The position numbers and the translations under genes are program-made. From a virus (taxonomy: Duplodnaviria; Caudoviricetes), in the IMG/VR virus record IMGVR_UViG_3300023194_000002, positions 1 through 64,000 of that record: DNA of 64,000 nucleotides. The stretch is one strand, 5' to 3'. Positions 19,287 to 29,023 of this stretch are shown here, piece after piece. Within the stretch, counting starts at the first letter, position 1. Each line of letters begins with the position of its first letter. The notes under the pieces were generated by a model. That model worked only from the letters and a program-made list of their open reading frames with translations, ran no database searches and was not told the origin of the DNA.

Positions 19287-19816
19287 CAGTCCCGGTCACA
19301 CACCTAGAGATCGATGACGTGTGGTTTGACGGCACGCTGACGCAGACGATCGTCTACCACACACTCGTCACAGACTTCCCGACCGAGGAAGACAACATCT
19401 CGGACAACTACATCCTGACGGGACGGTCTGTGCAGATCGAAGCGCTCGTATCGGAGTATCCGATCGAAGAACCTATGTCACATGCGGGAGACCGTGTGTT
19501 CGGTACTTATCAGGCGATTCAGGAGATCATCAATCAGCACAAGTTGGTCAACGTGATCGTCGGGTTAGACGTGCTGCGTAACTGCGCGCTCGAAAACCCG
19601 AGGTTTGATCTCATGGGCGCAGGCCGAGCTCACAAATTCACCTGCACCGCGCGTGAAGTAAAATTCGCAACCACGAAGGAAGCATCGGTCCCTAAGCCTG
19701 TCGTCGCGAAAAAGAAGTCAGCGGATAAGGGGCAGGTAAACGCGACGCCTGCAACCGATGCACAGGCTGCGAAGGCCAAACAATCACTCGCGAAATACGT
19801 GTTAGGCGGCGGATAA
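19283..19816 (+). CDS. Baseplate/distal tail (tube initiator-like) protein
   Basis: VTDFPTEE..ISDN motif; position after TMP. Confidence 0.65.
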   Translation: MTVPVTHLEIDDVWFDGTLTQTIVYHTLVTDFPTEEDNISDNYILTGRSVQIEALVSEYPIEEPMSHAGDRVFGTYQAIQEIINQHKLVNVIVGLDVLRNCALENPRFDLMGAGRAHKFTCTAREVKFATTKEASVPKPVVAKKKSADKGQVNATPATDAQAAKAKQSLAKYVLGGG

Positions 19817-20265
19817 TGGCAATCCTCGTCATACCCACTTTCGCAGAGTACCGCTTCACTGAGCAGGTCACGCTAGAGGGTGTCACCTATACATTAGCGT
19901 TTGATTGGTCTGACTTTTCAGGGCTGGTGGATACGCAAGTGTTGGTTCTCGACGCCAATGGGTTGCCTGTGGTGGATGACAGCGGCCAGTTTGTGACCAC
20001 CGATGCGTCGCCGGGCGAATCCGGCGAAGTCATTGGCGCGTCTCCCTGCTGGCATATGGACCTGCTGACGGAGGGTGGCGATCCGATCCGCTACGGCATC
20101 AAGCTGGTGACCGACTATCCGTTGTTGCGCCACGTGAGCCACGTTGATCGTCCACCCGGCGAATTGATACTGATCGACATGCAAGGCGACGCTGAGCCTG
20201 AGTTTGAGGGTTTCGGCTCGCGCTGGCTTCTGATGTACGCAGAAACCGGGACGGTGCTGACATGA
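19816..20265 (+). CDS. Baseplate protein
   Basis: EQVTLEGVTYTLAFDW...WHMDL...GIKLVTDYPLL. Confidence 0.7.
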   Translation: MAILVIPTFAEYRFTEQVTLEGVTYTLAFDWSDFSGLVDTQVLVLDANGLPVVDDSGQFVTTDASPGESGEVIGASPCWHMDLLTEGGDPIRYGIKLVTDYPLLRHVSHVDRPPGELILIDMQGDAEPEFEGFGSRWLLMYAETGTVLT

Positions 20266-21083
20266 GCACCGATCTCTGGTTGCGCAAGATCAAGCTGCAG
20301 GTCGAGGGGTTACTGTTAGAGGACTACCATGTCCGGTTCAATGTCGCGTTGAGCGACAACCCGAAGACAAGCAACACGGCGACGATCCAAATCTCCAACT
20401 TAGGCGAGCATCACCGCCATCAGTTGGAGCGCATGAAGAAGGTCTACGTGGACCTCTATGCTGGATACGAGACCAGCATGCCGCTGCTGTTTCGCGGGGA
20501 TTTATACACAGTATTCTCCGAGCATTCCGGCGCCACATGGACCACGACGATCAGCGCCGACACATCACGTGTTGCGAAGAAGAAGCGCGTGGTCAAATCG
20601 TTCGCGCCCGGCGCAAGCATTGGCGACATCTTCCAGCATCTCGCCAAAGAAATGGACCTCAAAATCAGCAGTGGGTCCATCAAGGTCGCGGAGGCCGCGA
20701 TCAAAAAATCGCGCGCCCGACAGTTCTTCAACGGTTACTCGCTCGCTGGGACTACGCGCGATGAACTGGAGCGCCTGTGCAGATCGTGCGGGTTCGAGTG
20801 GCAGGCGCACAACGGCAAATTGCACCTGGTCCCACTGTCGAAAGCGTTGACCGACTCAGAGTTTGTTTTGAGCGCGAAAACGGGGCTCATCGGGCGGCCG
20901 AAAGTCGGCAACTATGGCCTTATCGACGTGCAGTGTTTATTGATTCCCGACCTCTATCCCTACCGTCGGGTCTATCTAGACTCAGTCCAGATCAACGCTC
21001 CGTGCGTCATCAAGACTGCAAAACTCGCAGGAGACACGCGCTCGCAGCAGTGGGCCGCCAACCTAGAGCTAAAGCTGGAATGA
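20262..21083 (+). CDS. Baseplate hub protein
   Basis: NTATIQISNL, LYAGY..MPLLFRGD, LSAKTGLIGRP. Confidence 0.8.
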   Translation: MSTDLWLRKIKLQVEGLLLEDYHVRFNVALSDNPKTSNTATIQISNLGEHHRHQLERMKKVYVDLYAGYETSMPLLFRGDLYTVFSEHSGATWTTTISADTSRVAKKKRVVKSFAPGASIGDIFQHLAKEMDLKISSGSIKVAEAAIKKSRARQFFNGYSLAGTTRDELERLCRSCGFEWQAHNGKLHLVPLSKALTDSEFVLSAKTGLIGRPKVGNYGLIDVQCLLIPDLYPYRRVYLDSVQINAPCVIKTAKLAGDTRSQQWAANLELKLE

Positions 21084-21087
21084 CGAC

Positions 21088-21990
21088 CTACCACGCCGGC
21101 TCAATCACGAACGCCTGGACCGTACGCCGGCTGCCGATCACCTCGTTGTACAGGACACGGACTTTTGTCGTGCCCGTGACCTTGACCGCAGTGAAGTCGA
21201 GCGCGTTCAAATACGTGCCCTCAAACAGGTTGTCACCGCGGTATTTGCGCAGCACGAGCACGATGTTTGAGTTGTCGGCAGTAAACACCGCTGACTGCTT
21301 GTTGATCGATGATTCAGCGGTGAAGTATCCGTCGTCGCGATCAACGACGATCGCCGCTCCGCGCAGCGTTGAAAGTGGCTCGCCGTTGTCCACGTGGCCC
21401 TGCAGCTCGAGGGCCACGCCGATCCCTGTGATGACCTTTTTGAAGCCGTGGCGCTTGCCGTCCGCGATCCACTCGCGTTCGGCTTCTGCCTGCTCCTGCT
21501 CCGCGCGCTTGCTGATCTCGGCATTCGCGCGCGCTTGCTGCATCTCGCGCTCTTCTTTCGCCGCGCGTTCGGCCCTTTCTTCGCGAACGACGGCGCTACG
21601 CTTCAAAAGGTTCACGCGGTGCGCGGGATTGGCCCCACACATCTCGGGTGAATCCTCACGAAGCTCGCCAGCGTATGCCAAACGCTTTGCATCATCGGCG
21701 GTGTATGTACACGCCTCGCTCGGCGTAGGCGCAGTGATAGTCGCTTGGGCTGGAGCAGACGTGTTGCGCGCGGTCCGTTCGCGCACGCCTTCGCTGATGC
21801 GACTCAGCTGCGCTCGGTGGTTGGGCGCGGCGCACAGCTCTGGTGAGTCCGGTTGGAGCTCGCCTGCTTGGGCGAGGCGCATTGCGTCCGCGAATTCATA
21901 CGGGCAGTCCGCGTGCGCGATTGAGGCGACGGACCAGAGAGCGACTAGTGCGAATGTGGTGGTGCGCATGGTGCGTCGAAATAAACGCAC
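21088..21990 (-). CDS. Putative exported protein (moron) with duplicated Cys motif
   Basis: Signal-peptide-like TTFALVALWSVASIAHA; two C..AGEL..DSPE.C repeats; alternative ATG at 21969. Confidence 0.65.
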   Translation of the reverse strand: MRLFRRTMRTTTFALVALWSVASIAHADCPYEFADAMRLAQAGELQPDSPELCAAPNHRAQLSRISEGVRERTARNTSAPAQATITAPTPSEACTYTADDAKRLAYAGELREDSPEMCGANPAHRVNLLKRSAVVREERAERAAKEEREMQQARANAEISKRAEQEQAEAEREWIADGKRHGFKKVITGIGVALELQGHVDNGEPLSTLRGAAIVVDRDDGYFTAESSINKQSAVFTADNSNIVLVLRKYRGDNLFEGTYLNALDFTAVKVTGTTKVRVLYNEVIGSRRTVQAFVIEPAW

Positions 21991-22056
21991 AACCGCACGC
22001 GATCCAGCGCGAAAAATCGCAACCTACCCGCGTCTTTTGTGGGCGGAGGTGGCGGC

Positions 22057-22827
22057 ATGAGCACGCCATCGGCGCTCGACAACATGGAGCTGGTGGCGGA
22101 GAAGGCGCTCTCCGAGGCCCACTTCTGCCTGCCGGCGCGCGTAGTGCGGGTCCGCACGGGCAAGGACGCTCGACAGTTCGTCGATGTGCGTCTCGCGATG
22201 CAACGAGAGGTCGTCCAGGGCGACGACAACGAGGAGGCCGACGAGGAGTACGACGTACTCTATTCGCGCCCCGTGGCGTATGCGCAGGGCGGCGGATTCA
22301 GCGTCAACATGCCGCTGCAGCCTGACGACCCAGTGATGGTGCTGTTTGCGGAGCGATCCATCGACGCGTGGATCGAACTCTCAAGGCGCGGCGGCAAACC
22401 TGTTGCCCCTGGAGACACGTCGCTAAGCCCTCTGCAAGGCGGCATCGTGCTGCCAATCGGCCCAGCAGCGCGCTCAGAGCTCGCGGATGTGGGCGCGCAC
22501 GACTCCAGCGATTTCACGATCGGTCGTCGCGACGGCACGGTGATGCTGCGTCTCACGCAAGATGGCCAACTTGCCTCGCTCATGGAGGGCGAGGACTGGA
22601 TAGCGCTCGCAGCGAAGGTCGATGCTGAAATAGCGCGTTTGGACGCGCGCATCGACTCAGAGGTGAACGCGCTGAAGCAAGCGACCGTCACGGGTCTAAC
22701 AGCTGTCGGCGCAGCACTCGCGGCAAACGGTGCGACCGCAGCAACAACCTTCCAGGGCGCATCCGCAACCATACCCGCACCGACGAATCCGCAGTCGGTC
22801 GCAGCATCAAAAAGTAAGGCGACATGA
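22057..22827 (+). CDS. Baseplate spike (Gp138-like)
   Basis: HFCLPARVV, RPVAYAQGGGFSVNMPLQPDDPVMVLFAERSIDAW. Confidence 0.85.
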   Translation: MSTPSALDNMELVAEKALSEAHFCLPARVVRVRTGKDARQFVDVRLAMQREVVQGDDNEEADEEYDVLYSRPVAYAQGGGFSVNMPLQPDDPVMVLFAERSIDAWIELSRRGGKPVAPGDTSLSPLQGGIVLPIGPAARSELADVGAHDSSDFTIGRRDGTVMLRLTQDGQLASLMEGEDWIALAAKVDAEIARLDARIDSEVNALKQATVTGLTAVGAALAANGATAATTFQGASATIPAPTNPQSVAASKSKAT

Positions 22828-23513
22828 ATAACGCACGTCCCGCAGCTTTTCCGGACTGGGCCAGCGACAGCACGGCTCAAGTCGTCCAGCCACCGACTGG
22901 TAAGCAGGAGGTCGGGTTCCTTCCTGGAGAGGAGGTTCCTGCCGGCTGGTACAATTGGATACTGAAGCTGATCAACAGTCAGCTCAAATATATCGATGAA
23001 TCGGTCAAGATCTCGACCGAGAAGATCGAACTGTCTTCAGGACAAGCCTGCTATCGGCATCAAACAGGCAAGCCATCGTTTGGGCAGGTCGGCACTGCGT
23101 TTACCGCGAGCACCGCAAAATACTACGGATATGCATGGGTCAGCGGGGGCTCGAGTTCAGCCGTGACCTTCCCTCTGCGCGTGCAGCCTGGGCGTCGCTT
23201 ATTGAGCGTCGATCTCATCTGGTCGGCTCCGAACGAAACTGTCAGAAACAGCGCCAGCGTGTCGTCGGGACAGATCAACTGGTCGACGCTGCCATCGTCC
23301 ACCGCGCTATTGGGGGTAGGCGCAACCCTGGGCACTATCGTGCAGACGCAATTCAGTGGCGGAAATTCCCTCCTCTGGACGAAGAGTACGGTCAACGTCA
23401 CGCAGCCGCAGCCCGCGTACTCCGAGACGCTGGAATATTGGCTAGATATCACGCTGGGCAGCACTGCGGAGTTCTGCGCGCTGCGCGCGATCCGTATCAA
23501 CACGCAGGGGTGA
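22824..23513 (+). CDS. Tail fibre-like structural protein
   Basis: N-terminal FPDWAS...PPTGKQEVGFLPGEEVPAGWYNW fibre-anchor-like motif. Confidence 0.6.
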   Translation: MNNARPAAFPDWASDSTAQVVQPPTGKQEVGFLPGEEVPAGWYNWILKLINSQLKYIDESVKISTEKIELSSGQACYRHQTGKPSFGQVGTAFTASTAKYYGYAWVSGGSSSAVTFPLRVQPGRRLLSVDLIWSAPNETVRNSASVSSGQINWSTLPSSTALLGVGATLGTIVQTQFSGGNSLLWTKSTVNVTQPQPAYSETLEYWLDITLGSTAEFCALRAIRINTQG

Positions 23514-23517
23514 ATCT

Positions 23518-23931
23518 ATGGCAGCGAGCGCGTATGCAGATCTCAAGGTGGACCTAACAACGGGCGATATCGTTGTTACGGGAGGCAAGCTGCAGACTGT
23601 GAGCGGCATGGAGTACGCGATCCAGCACTGGGTTGCCGCGCTCCACCTGTTCGAAGGCGAATGGTATTACAACGCGCTGCTGGGGCTTCCCTACAAGAGG
23701 CAGATATTCGTCAAAAATCCCAATATGACAGTGGTCCGCGCGTTGTTCGCCGAAACCACGCGCGGTGTGCCGCTCATCACGGCGGTCCGCTCGATGAAGT
23801 TCGGGTTGGATACAACCAAGCGCATCATGACCGTAGAGGCTGTTGCTACCGTGGACGGCGAACAGGTGACGCTGACAACCGACCTGCTTATTGCGCCAGG
23901 TAAAGGCGGGCCAGGTTCCTCAGACGACTAA
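23518..23931 (+). CDS. Baseplate wedge/sheath initiator (gp25-like)
   Basis: LFEGEWYYNALLGLPY motif; precedes baseplate J. Confidence 0.75.
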   Translation: MAASAYADLKVDLTTGDIVVTGGKLQTVSGMEYAIQHWVAALHLFEGEWYYNALLGLPYKRQIFVKNPNMTVVRALFAETTRGVPLITAVRSMKFGLDTTKRIMTVEAVATVDGEQVTLTTDLLIAPGKGGPGSSDD

Positions 23932-23977
23932 CCATCCGCCCACTTGCATTCAGCGTTGACTGCGGATATGCGCGCGG

Positions 23978-25204
23978 GTGGCTGACTATGGGCTAACACC
24001 TGAGGGCATAAATATTAGGACGTTTGCGGATATTCGCCGCGACGTCCTTGGTCGTCAGCGCGCGTGGATCCATGCCGGTTTTCAGGACTCCGCAAACGAC
24101 GTCGTCGGGCAGATGAACGCCGCGGTTGCTGAGATTGCTGCGGAGATATGGGAGCTGATGCGGGCGATCGTTGAAACACGACACCCCGACGCGGTCACCG
24201 GCGCGTTGCAGGACGCGCTCTATGCGATTCAAGCGATCGTTCGTAAGGGCGACGCGGTAAGCACCGTGAATGCTCTGGTGACGCTGGATGCAGGCGCCAA
24301 TATCGCGATCGGTGATGCTGTAGCGAGCGTGAACGGCAATACGGATGCGCGCTTTGAGAACGCTGAGGCGATGGTGAATTCGTCGGCGAGCTCGAAGTCG
24401 GCCGTCATTAAATTCCAGGCGCTAACAGCCGGTCCCGTGGTCGCCAACGCAGGCACGCTCACAGTGCGGGAGACGCTGCCTACGGGATGGCAATCGATCA
24501 CAAATCCCGGCGATGCGACGTTAGGTTTTTTCGCCGAGTCGAACGCAGCGTTTCGCGCGCGGCGCGAGCTGTCGATCATGCGTGGCTCGCGACACGTGAA
24601 CGGCATCCGCGCTGAGTTACTGAACCTGAGCACGGTGCGCGACGCGCTTGTGCGCGAGAACATCACGAACTCGACCGACCCTGACACCGGCATGCCCCCG
24701 CATGCGATCAACGCAGTGCTTAACTCCAGTGCGAGCGATGATGCAGAACTTGCCGAAGTTATCAGCGAAACACGCGCTGCGGGCATTAAGTCGTGGGGCT
24801 CGACCACGGTCGCGGTGACAGACGAGGGTGGAACGCACAACGAGTCTTTCTCTCGACCCGTCAAAACGCTGTTATATCTCAACGTCCGAATATACGTCGG
24901 ACCCGACTATATAGGCGATGACGCACTCAAAGCGTTGTTGATCCAGTCGGCTGAGGATGCTTCGTCACCAGGATTCTTGCGCCTCGGAACGGATGTATTC
25001 GGCGGGCAATTCGTCGTTGCGATGATGGCGTCGGGCACGGGCATCCGCACCGCAGAGGCGCGCATCTCGACGGCGTCGACCACGTTCGATCAGGCGCAGC
25101 AAGGGATCATCGTCGCGCCGAGTGTCCAAATGGTGTTGGACGCGAATCGCATCACCATCACGCGCCTTGTCTATCAGGCGCCTGCAAATTGGAGTGACGT
25201 CTAA
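23978..25204 (+). CDS. Baseplate J-like protein
   Basis: YGLTPEGI, FQALTAGPVVANAGTL, GWQSITN, ESNAAFRARR. Confidence 0.9.
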   Translation: MADYGLTPEGINIRTFADIRRDVLGRQRAWIHAGFQDSANDVVGQMNAAVAEIAAEIWELMRAIVETRHPDAVTGALQDALYAIQAIVRKGDAVSTVNALVTLDAGANIAIGDAVASVNGNTDARFENAEAMVNSSASSKSAVIKFQALTAGPVVANAGTLTVRETLPTGWQSITNPGDATLGFFAESNAAFRARRELSIMRGSRHVNGIRAELLNLSTVRDALVRENITNSTDPDTGMPPHAINAVLNSSASDDAELAEVISETRAAGIKSWGSTTVAVTDEGGTHNESFSRPVKTLLYLNVRIYVGPDYIGDDALKALLIQSAEDASSPGFLRLGTDVFGGQFVVAMMASGTGIRTAEARISTASTTFDQAQQGIIVAPSVQMVLDANRITITRLVYQAPANWSDV

Positions 25205-25641
25205 TGGCCTCAAAAGGACTCTCGAGGACGGCGCGTGTAGCGTCGTTGACCGCGTTCGCGTCTGGTACGACTTACGCCGGACTGTCGACTGTGAACCCCG
25301 GCGACGATGGGCAAAGCCGCGTTGAGCCGGCATTTGGCACAGGAGGCTATGCGCGTGTCGCCGTGAGCTGGAGCGCCGTCTCTGCACCCGGTGCGCTAGA
25401 CGCCGCGGTGGAGCTGGTCAACTCGGCGCTGATCACGTTCGGCGCGAGCGGTACGGCGTATTCAACCGGCGCGACACAGCTAGCGTGGCTGACGCTCTGG
25501 AACCATGCGACGAATACTGCAGAGGCGAACTTCCTAGGACGTTTTCCGCTCAACACGCCTAACGCGATCAGTGCAGATGGCGCGAGTATCGCAATCGCAG
25601 CTGGACAACTGAAGGTCACGCTTACCCCGCAGACCGTGTGA
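25204..25641 (+). CDS. Tail fibre-associated structural protein
   Basis: YAGLSTVNPGDDG, GGYARVAVSW. Confidence 0.65.
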   Translation: MASKGLSRTARVASLTAFASGTTYAGLSTVNPGDDGQSRVEPAFGTGGYARVAVSWSAVSAPGALDAAVELVNSALITFGASGTAYSTGATQLAWLTLWNHATNTAEANFLGRFPLNTPNAISADGASIAIAAGQLKVTLTPQTV

Positions 25642-25649
25642 TCGGATAG

Positions 25650-27344
25650 ATGACTCGACGGTATACAGGTGGGCGTGACGAGGCGGCTGGTTTTAACCTG
25701 CCGTCCAATGGCGCGTACACGATCCAGTGTTGGATACACGTCGACACGTTGCCGGCAACGAATGCCGGGTTGATCACGCTCACCACGTCCGACTATTGGA
25801 CCAGCAGTCAGACGACAGAGCTCGCTATTCAGTCGACCGGGTATCTGTTCTTCCGAAACCGTTTCTGGAGCTCGTCGCCTGAGTTTTACCGCGAGACGAG
25901 CTACACGACGCCATCGAGCATTGCGCTCAACGACTGGATACACGTTGCCTATACATACGATGGCACTAACGCGCTTGCGTATGTCAATGGTGTGTTAGTC
26001 AACAGCAGCACGCTGGACACGAACACCGGCGCAGTGCGCCCAAATTTCGCATATTGCGCGCTGGGTAGCTCTGGATATACGGGCGAGGCGCAGGCGTTAG
26101 GAGTCACGCTGCAGTCGGCGATGGTGTTCGCCTCGGCGCTATCCGCCTCGCAGATCAAAGAGTCGATGTCCACGTTGGAGCCGCCTCCTGGGGTTGCTCC
26201 GTATGCGTGGTGGCGCCTGGACAACGGGGGTGTTTGGTCGAGCGACCAATCGGGCAACGGCCACACGCTTAGCACCGTGGGCACAGCTGTAGGCGCAGGG
26301 ACAGGCCAGCTGTCTACTGCCATCGGCGGATCAATCGTCAGTGGCGATGCCACGGTGATCGCCGGCACGTCGACTGCCGCCTCGGGCGGGGCGATCGCCG
26401 GTGGGTCTGCGACGAACTCTGCCGGCATCACGACGAGCGCGTCAGGTGGCGCGGTCACCGGTGGGTCCGCAGTAAATCGCTACGGCGTATCCACCTATGC
26501 GATCGGCGGATCTGTCGCCGGCGGCGTCGTGGCCAACGCGATCGGAGCGTCGACGTCAGCGACTGCCGGAGCGGTCGCGGGTGGCGAAGCAAACAACGCA
26601 ATCGGCATTGCCACCAGTGCGTTAGGCGGGGCGATCTCCGGTGGCGAGGCGCTCGTCTTCGGTAGGGTATTCAGCGAGACGTCGAAACGCGGCATCTCGC
26701 GCCTAACATCGTGGTATCGAAAACCTAACAACTCCGCTCTGCTTGCGTCGTGGCTCGAAGAGTTCCACCTGATTCGCGTCGTTGCGCTTCAGCTGCTCGA
26801 GTCCACTCTGGACAACGCCGAGGGCGTGCATCTCGACGTATTCGGTAAATACGTGGGGTTAGAGCGTGGATGGTTCAGCGACGACGACTTCTATCGCGAG
26901 CTGCTCTACATCAAGGCCCTGATCAACCGCTGCAAGGGCACGCGTCCTGAGATCGTCGAGATCGCAAAGCGGCTGGTCAACCTGACAGTCAGTCCACCGG
27001 TCAACACGGTTGATTTGGTCGACTACTACCCAGCGGGTTGGGTCGCCTATTCGAACAACGCGATCGATCCGGACTACGGCAATATCGTTGCTCGGCTGCT
27101 GTCGCTCACGCGTGCGGGCGGCGTGTGGATGAACTTTGTCTGGGCGTCGTCGCGGCCCGAGCACCACTACACACCGTTCAAGTTCGCTCCCTCCACCAGC
27201 GTGATTTCCAACTCCCCCAACGGCTTCGACGCTGGGGGTCTATCCGCAGTGAGCGACGGCACGACGGTTGTCTCGTGGGAACCGCCGCCGCTGTATTGGG
27301 GGCCTGACCCGCTCTACTGGGGAGATGACCCATTGGTCTGGTGA
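25650..27344 (+). CDS. LamG domain + Gly-rich repeats + DUF2612-like baseplate domain fusion
   Basis: WIHVAYTYDGTNALAYVNG (LamG); A(I/V)xGG repeats; LDNAEGVHLDVFGKYVGLER. Confidence 0.75.
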   Translation: MTRRYTGGRDEAAGFNLPSNGAYTIQCWIHVDTLPATNAGLITLTTSDYWTSSQTTELAIQSTGYLFFRNRFWSSSPEFYRETSYTTPSSIALNDWIHVAYTYDGTNALAYVNGVLVNSSTLDTNTGAVRPNFAYCALGSSGYTGEAQALGVTLQSAMVFASALSASQIKESMSTLEPPPGVAPYAWWRLDNGGVWSSDQSGNGHTLSTVGTAVGAGTGQLSTAIGGSIVSGDATVIAGTSTAASGGAIAGGSATNSAGITTSASGGAVTGGSAVNRYGVSTYAIGGSVAGGVVANAIGASTSATAGAVAGGEANNAIGIATSALGGAISGGEALVFGRVFSETSKRGISRLTSWYRKPNNSALLASWLEEFHLIRVVALQLLESTLDNAEGVHLDVFGKYVGLERGWFSDDDFYRELLYIKALINRCKGTRPEIVEIAKRLVNLTVSPPVNTVDLVDYYPAGWVAYSNNAIDPDYGNIVARLLSLTRAGGVWMNFVWASSRPEHHYTPFKFAPSTSVISNSPNGFDAGGLSAVSDGTTVVSWEPPPLYWGPDPLYWGDDPLVW

Positions 27345-27351
27345 CTGAACT

Positions 27352-29007
27352 ATGGCTACACCTATCCAGTTTCTATCTAAAATCTCCGAGGTGGCTACGG
27401 CGTTGGAGCCGTACTTGCTCTATCAGCGCCCAGTCATCAGCGATGAGCAGACGACCGCTCCCGGTGCACCGGTCAACTTCGATCGATATGTAGCGCCCAC
27501 CAATGCTACGGGCGGGTGGATTCCCACGTATATCTATGAATATAGAAGTGGGTCTTGGACATCGATTCTGCCTCGTCACGGGATGACCTGCCGTGTGATG
27601 TCCGGCGTTCGCGCCGGTAGACTGATTTGCTATAACGAGAACACAGCTGCATGGGAGGTGGTGTCCGGCGGCTCCACCGTATCGGGCAATACCGCGCTCA
27701 CCACGCCTGTTCGCTGGTACGTAGACAGCGTCGCGGGCAACGATGAAAACACGGGCTCATCCAGCGACCCTCTGAAGTTGCTCGAATTCGCTATTGCGCA
27801 GCTTCGACAGTTCCGCCCGATCGCAGCGCGGGCCGTGATCGAGCTGATGGACGCTGGTCCTCACTATTTGTCTCAAACAGCGTTGCGCGACCTAATCATT
27901 CTGCAGTCAGACCAAGGTCAAGGCTTTGTGGTGATTAAGGGCGCAGGCCGTAACGTCATTAATACAAGCGTGGTGAGCAGTCTAGGCGAGACGCCACGCA
28001 TTTACGTCGACACGAACACCTCGCTTCCAACGGATACCGCACTTGGCGCCACGCTCCGGCTTACGAGTGGTGCAGCGCAGGGGCAAGAGCTCCTGGTCAT
28101 GCACAATGGCGTAGAAAACGGGCAGAACCGCGTTTGGGTGGGCCCTTCTGTGCCGGCTGAAGTTGCTGCCGGTGACACCTACGAGCTCTCGCGTCCCCAG
28201 GCCGAGATCATCGTTGCAGGCGATGCCGGCCAGCGCACCCTCAACCTAACAGATATCCGCGGGCCACTCATTTTCCGCAACGTGAAGATCACCACGGATC
28301 TCATGCTTGCGATCAACTCGTTCACCGCATTTAGCGCGTGCGAGACGTCAGACAACTGTTGGCTGCTGGCGCAACAGAGTTGCAGCATCGGCTTGTCTGC
28401 ACCATTCCCGCCCGCTGCATGGGATCCCGACCTGGAGAGCAGCAGCATCACGCAGCTCGCCAGCGGCATCCATTTGCCCGGTGGAGGCGTATCGAGCCAG
28501 CTCGGGAGCCGAGTAGCAGGCACGTGCCGAACTGGCACCGTGACCGCGGCAGGCGCGGAGATAGAGTTTGAAGGCCGCGCGGATAACATTCATGCGCTGG
28601 CTGATGGGTACGTCAGGCTGATGTACAGCCAGGCGTATAAGACGCTGCAAGTTCACCCTGGCGGATTCGTAGAGGCCGAGAACTATCTCTACCTCGACAC
28701 CAACGGATACGAGCCTGCGATCACGATCAGACAGGGACTCCTGCGCATATTGCCAGGCACCACGGTGCGCGGTGGCTACTTCGCAGGTGAAGGTATCCCC
28801 ACGATTAAGCTAGACCCTGGTGGGGTGTTGGAGCTGGCGAATCTGCCATCTGGCGAAGGCGGAGCTGGCAATCCCGTGATCGCCCCATGGAACCTGGGCG
28901 GCTACGTGCAGCTGTACAGTGGGACGCAGATCCCGATCAGCTCGATCACAAACAGTCCGAGCGTATGGAGCGACAACTACGGCTGTCGTCTCATGGTGGC
29001 ACCTTAA
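27352..29007 (+). CDS. Tail fibre/tailspike with beta-helix-like region
   Basis: WYVDSVAGNDENTGSSSDPLKLLEFAI pectin-lyase-like start. Confidence 0.65.
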   Translation: MATPIQFLSKISEVATALEPYLLYQRPVISDEQTTAPGAPVNFDRYVAPTNATGGWIPTYIYEYRSGSWTSILPRHGMTCRVMSGVRAGRLICYNENTAAWEVVSGGSTVSGNTALTTPVRWYVDSVAGNDENTGSSSDPLKLLEFAIAQLRQFRPIAARAVIELMDAGPHYLSQTALRDLIILQSDQGQGFVVIKGAGRNVINTSVVSSLGETPRIYVDTNTSLPTDTALGATLRLTSGAAQGQELLVMHNGVENGQNRVWVGPSVPAEVAAGDTYELSRPQAEIIVAGDAGQRTLNLTDIRGPLIFRNVKITTDLMLAINSFTAFSACETSDNCWLLAQQSCSIGLSAPFPPAAWDPDLESSSITQLASGIHLPGGGVSSQLGSRVAGTCRTGTVTAAGAEIEFEGRADNIHALADGYVRLMYSQAYKTLQVHPGGFVEAENYLYLDTNGYEPAITIRQGLLRILPGTTVRGGYFAGEGIPTIKLDPGGVLELANLPSGEGGAGNPVIAPWNLGGYVQLYSGTQIPISSITNSPSVWSDNYGCRLMVAP

Positions 29008-29023
29008 TGCTTAGGAGCATCTT

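Noticed and set aside
20777-22060. 427-aa plus-strand ORF and similar long overlapping ORFs (e.g. 44977-45702, 53875-54552)
   Set aside because: Shadow frames of better-supported opposite-strand genes in high-GC DNA
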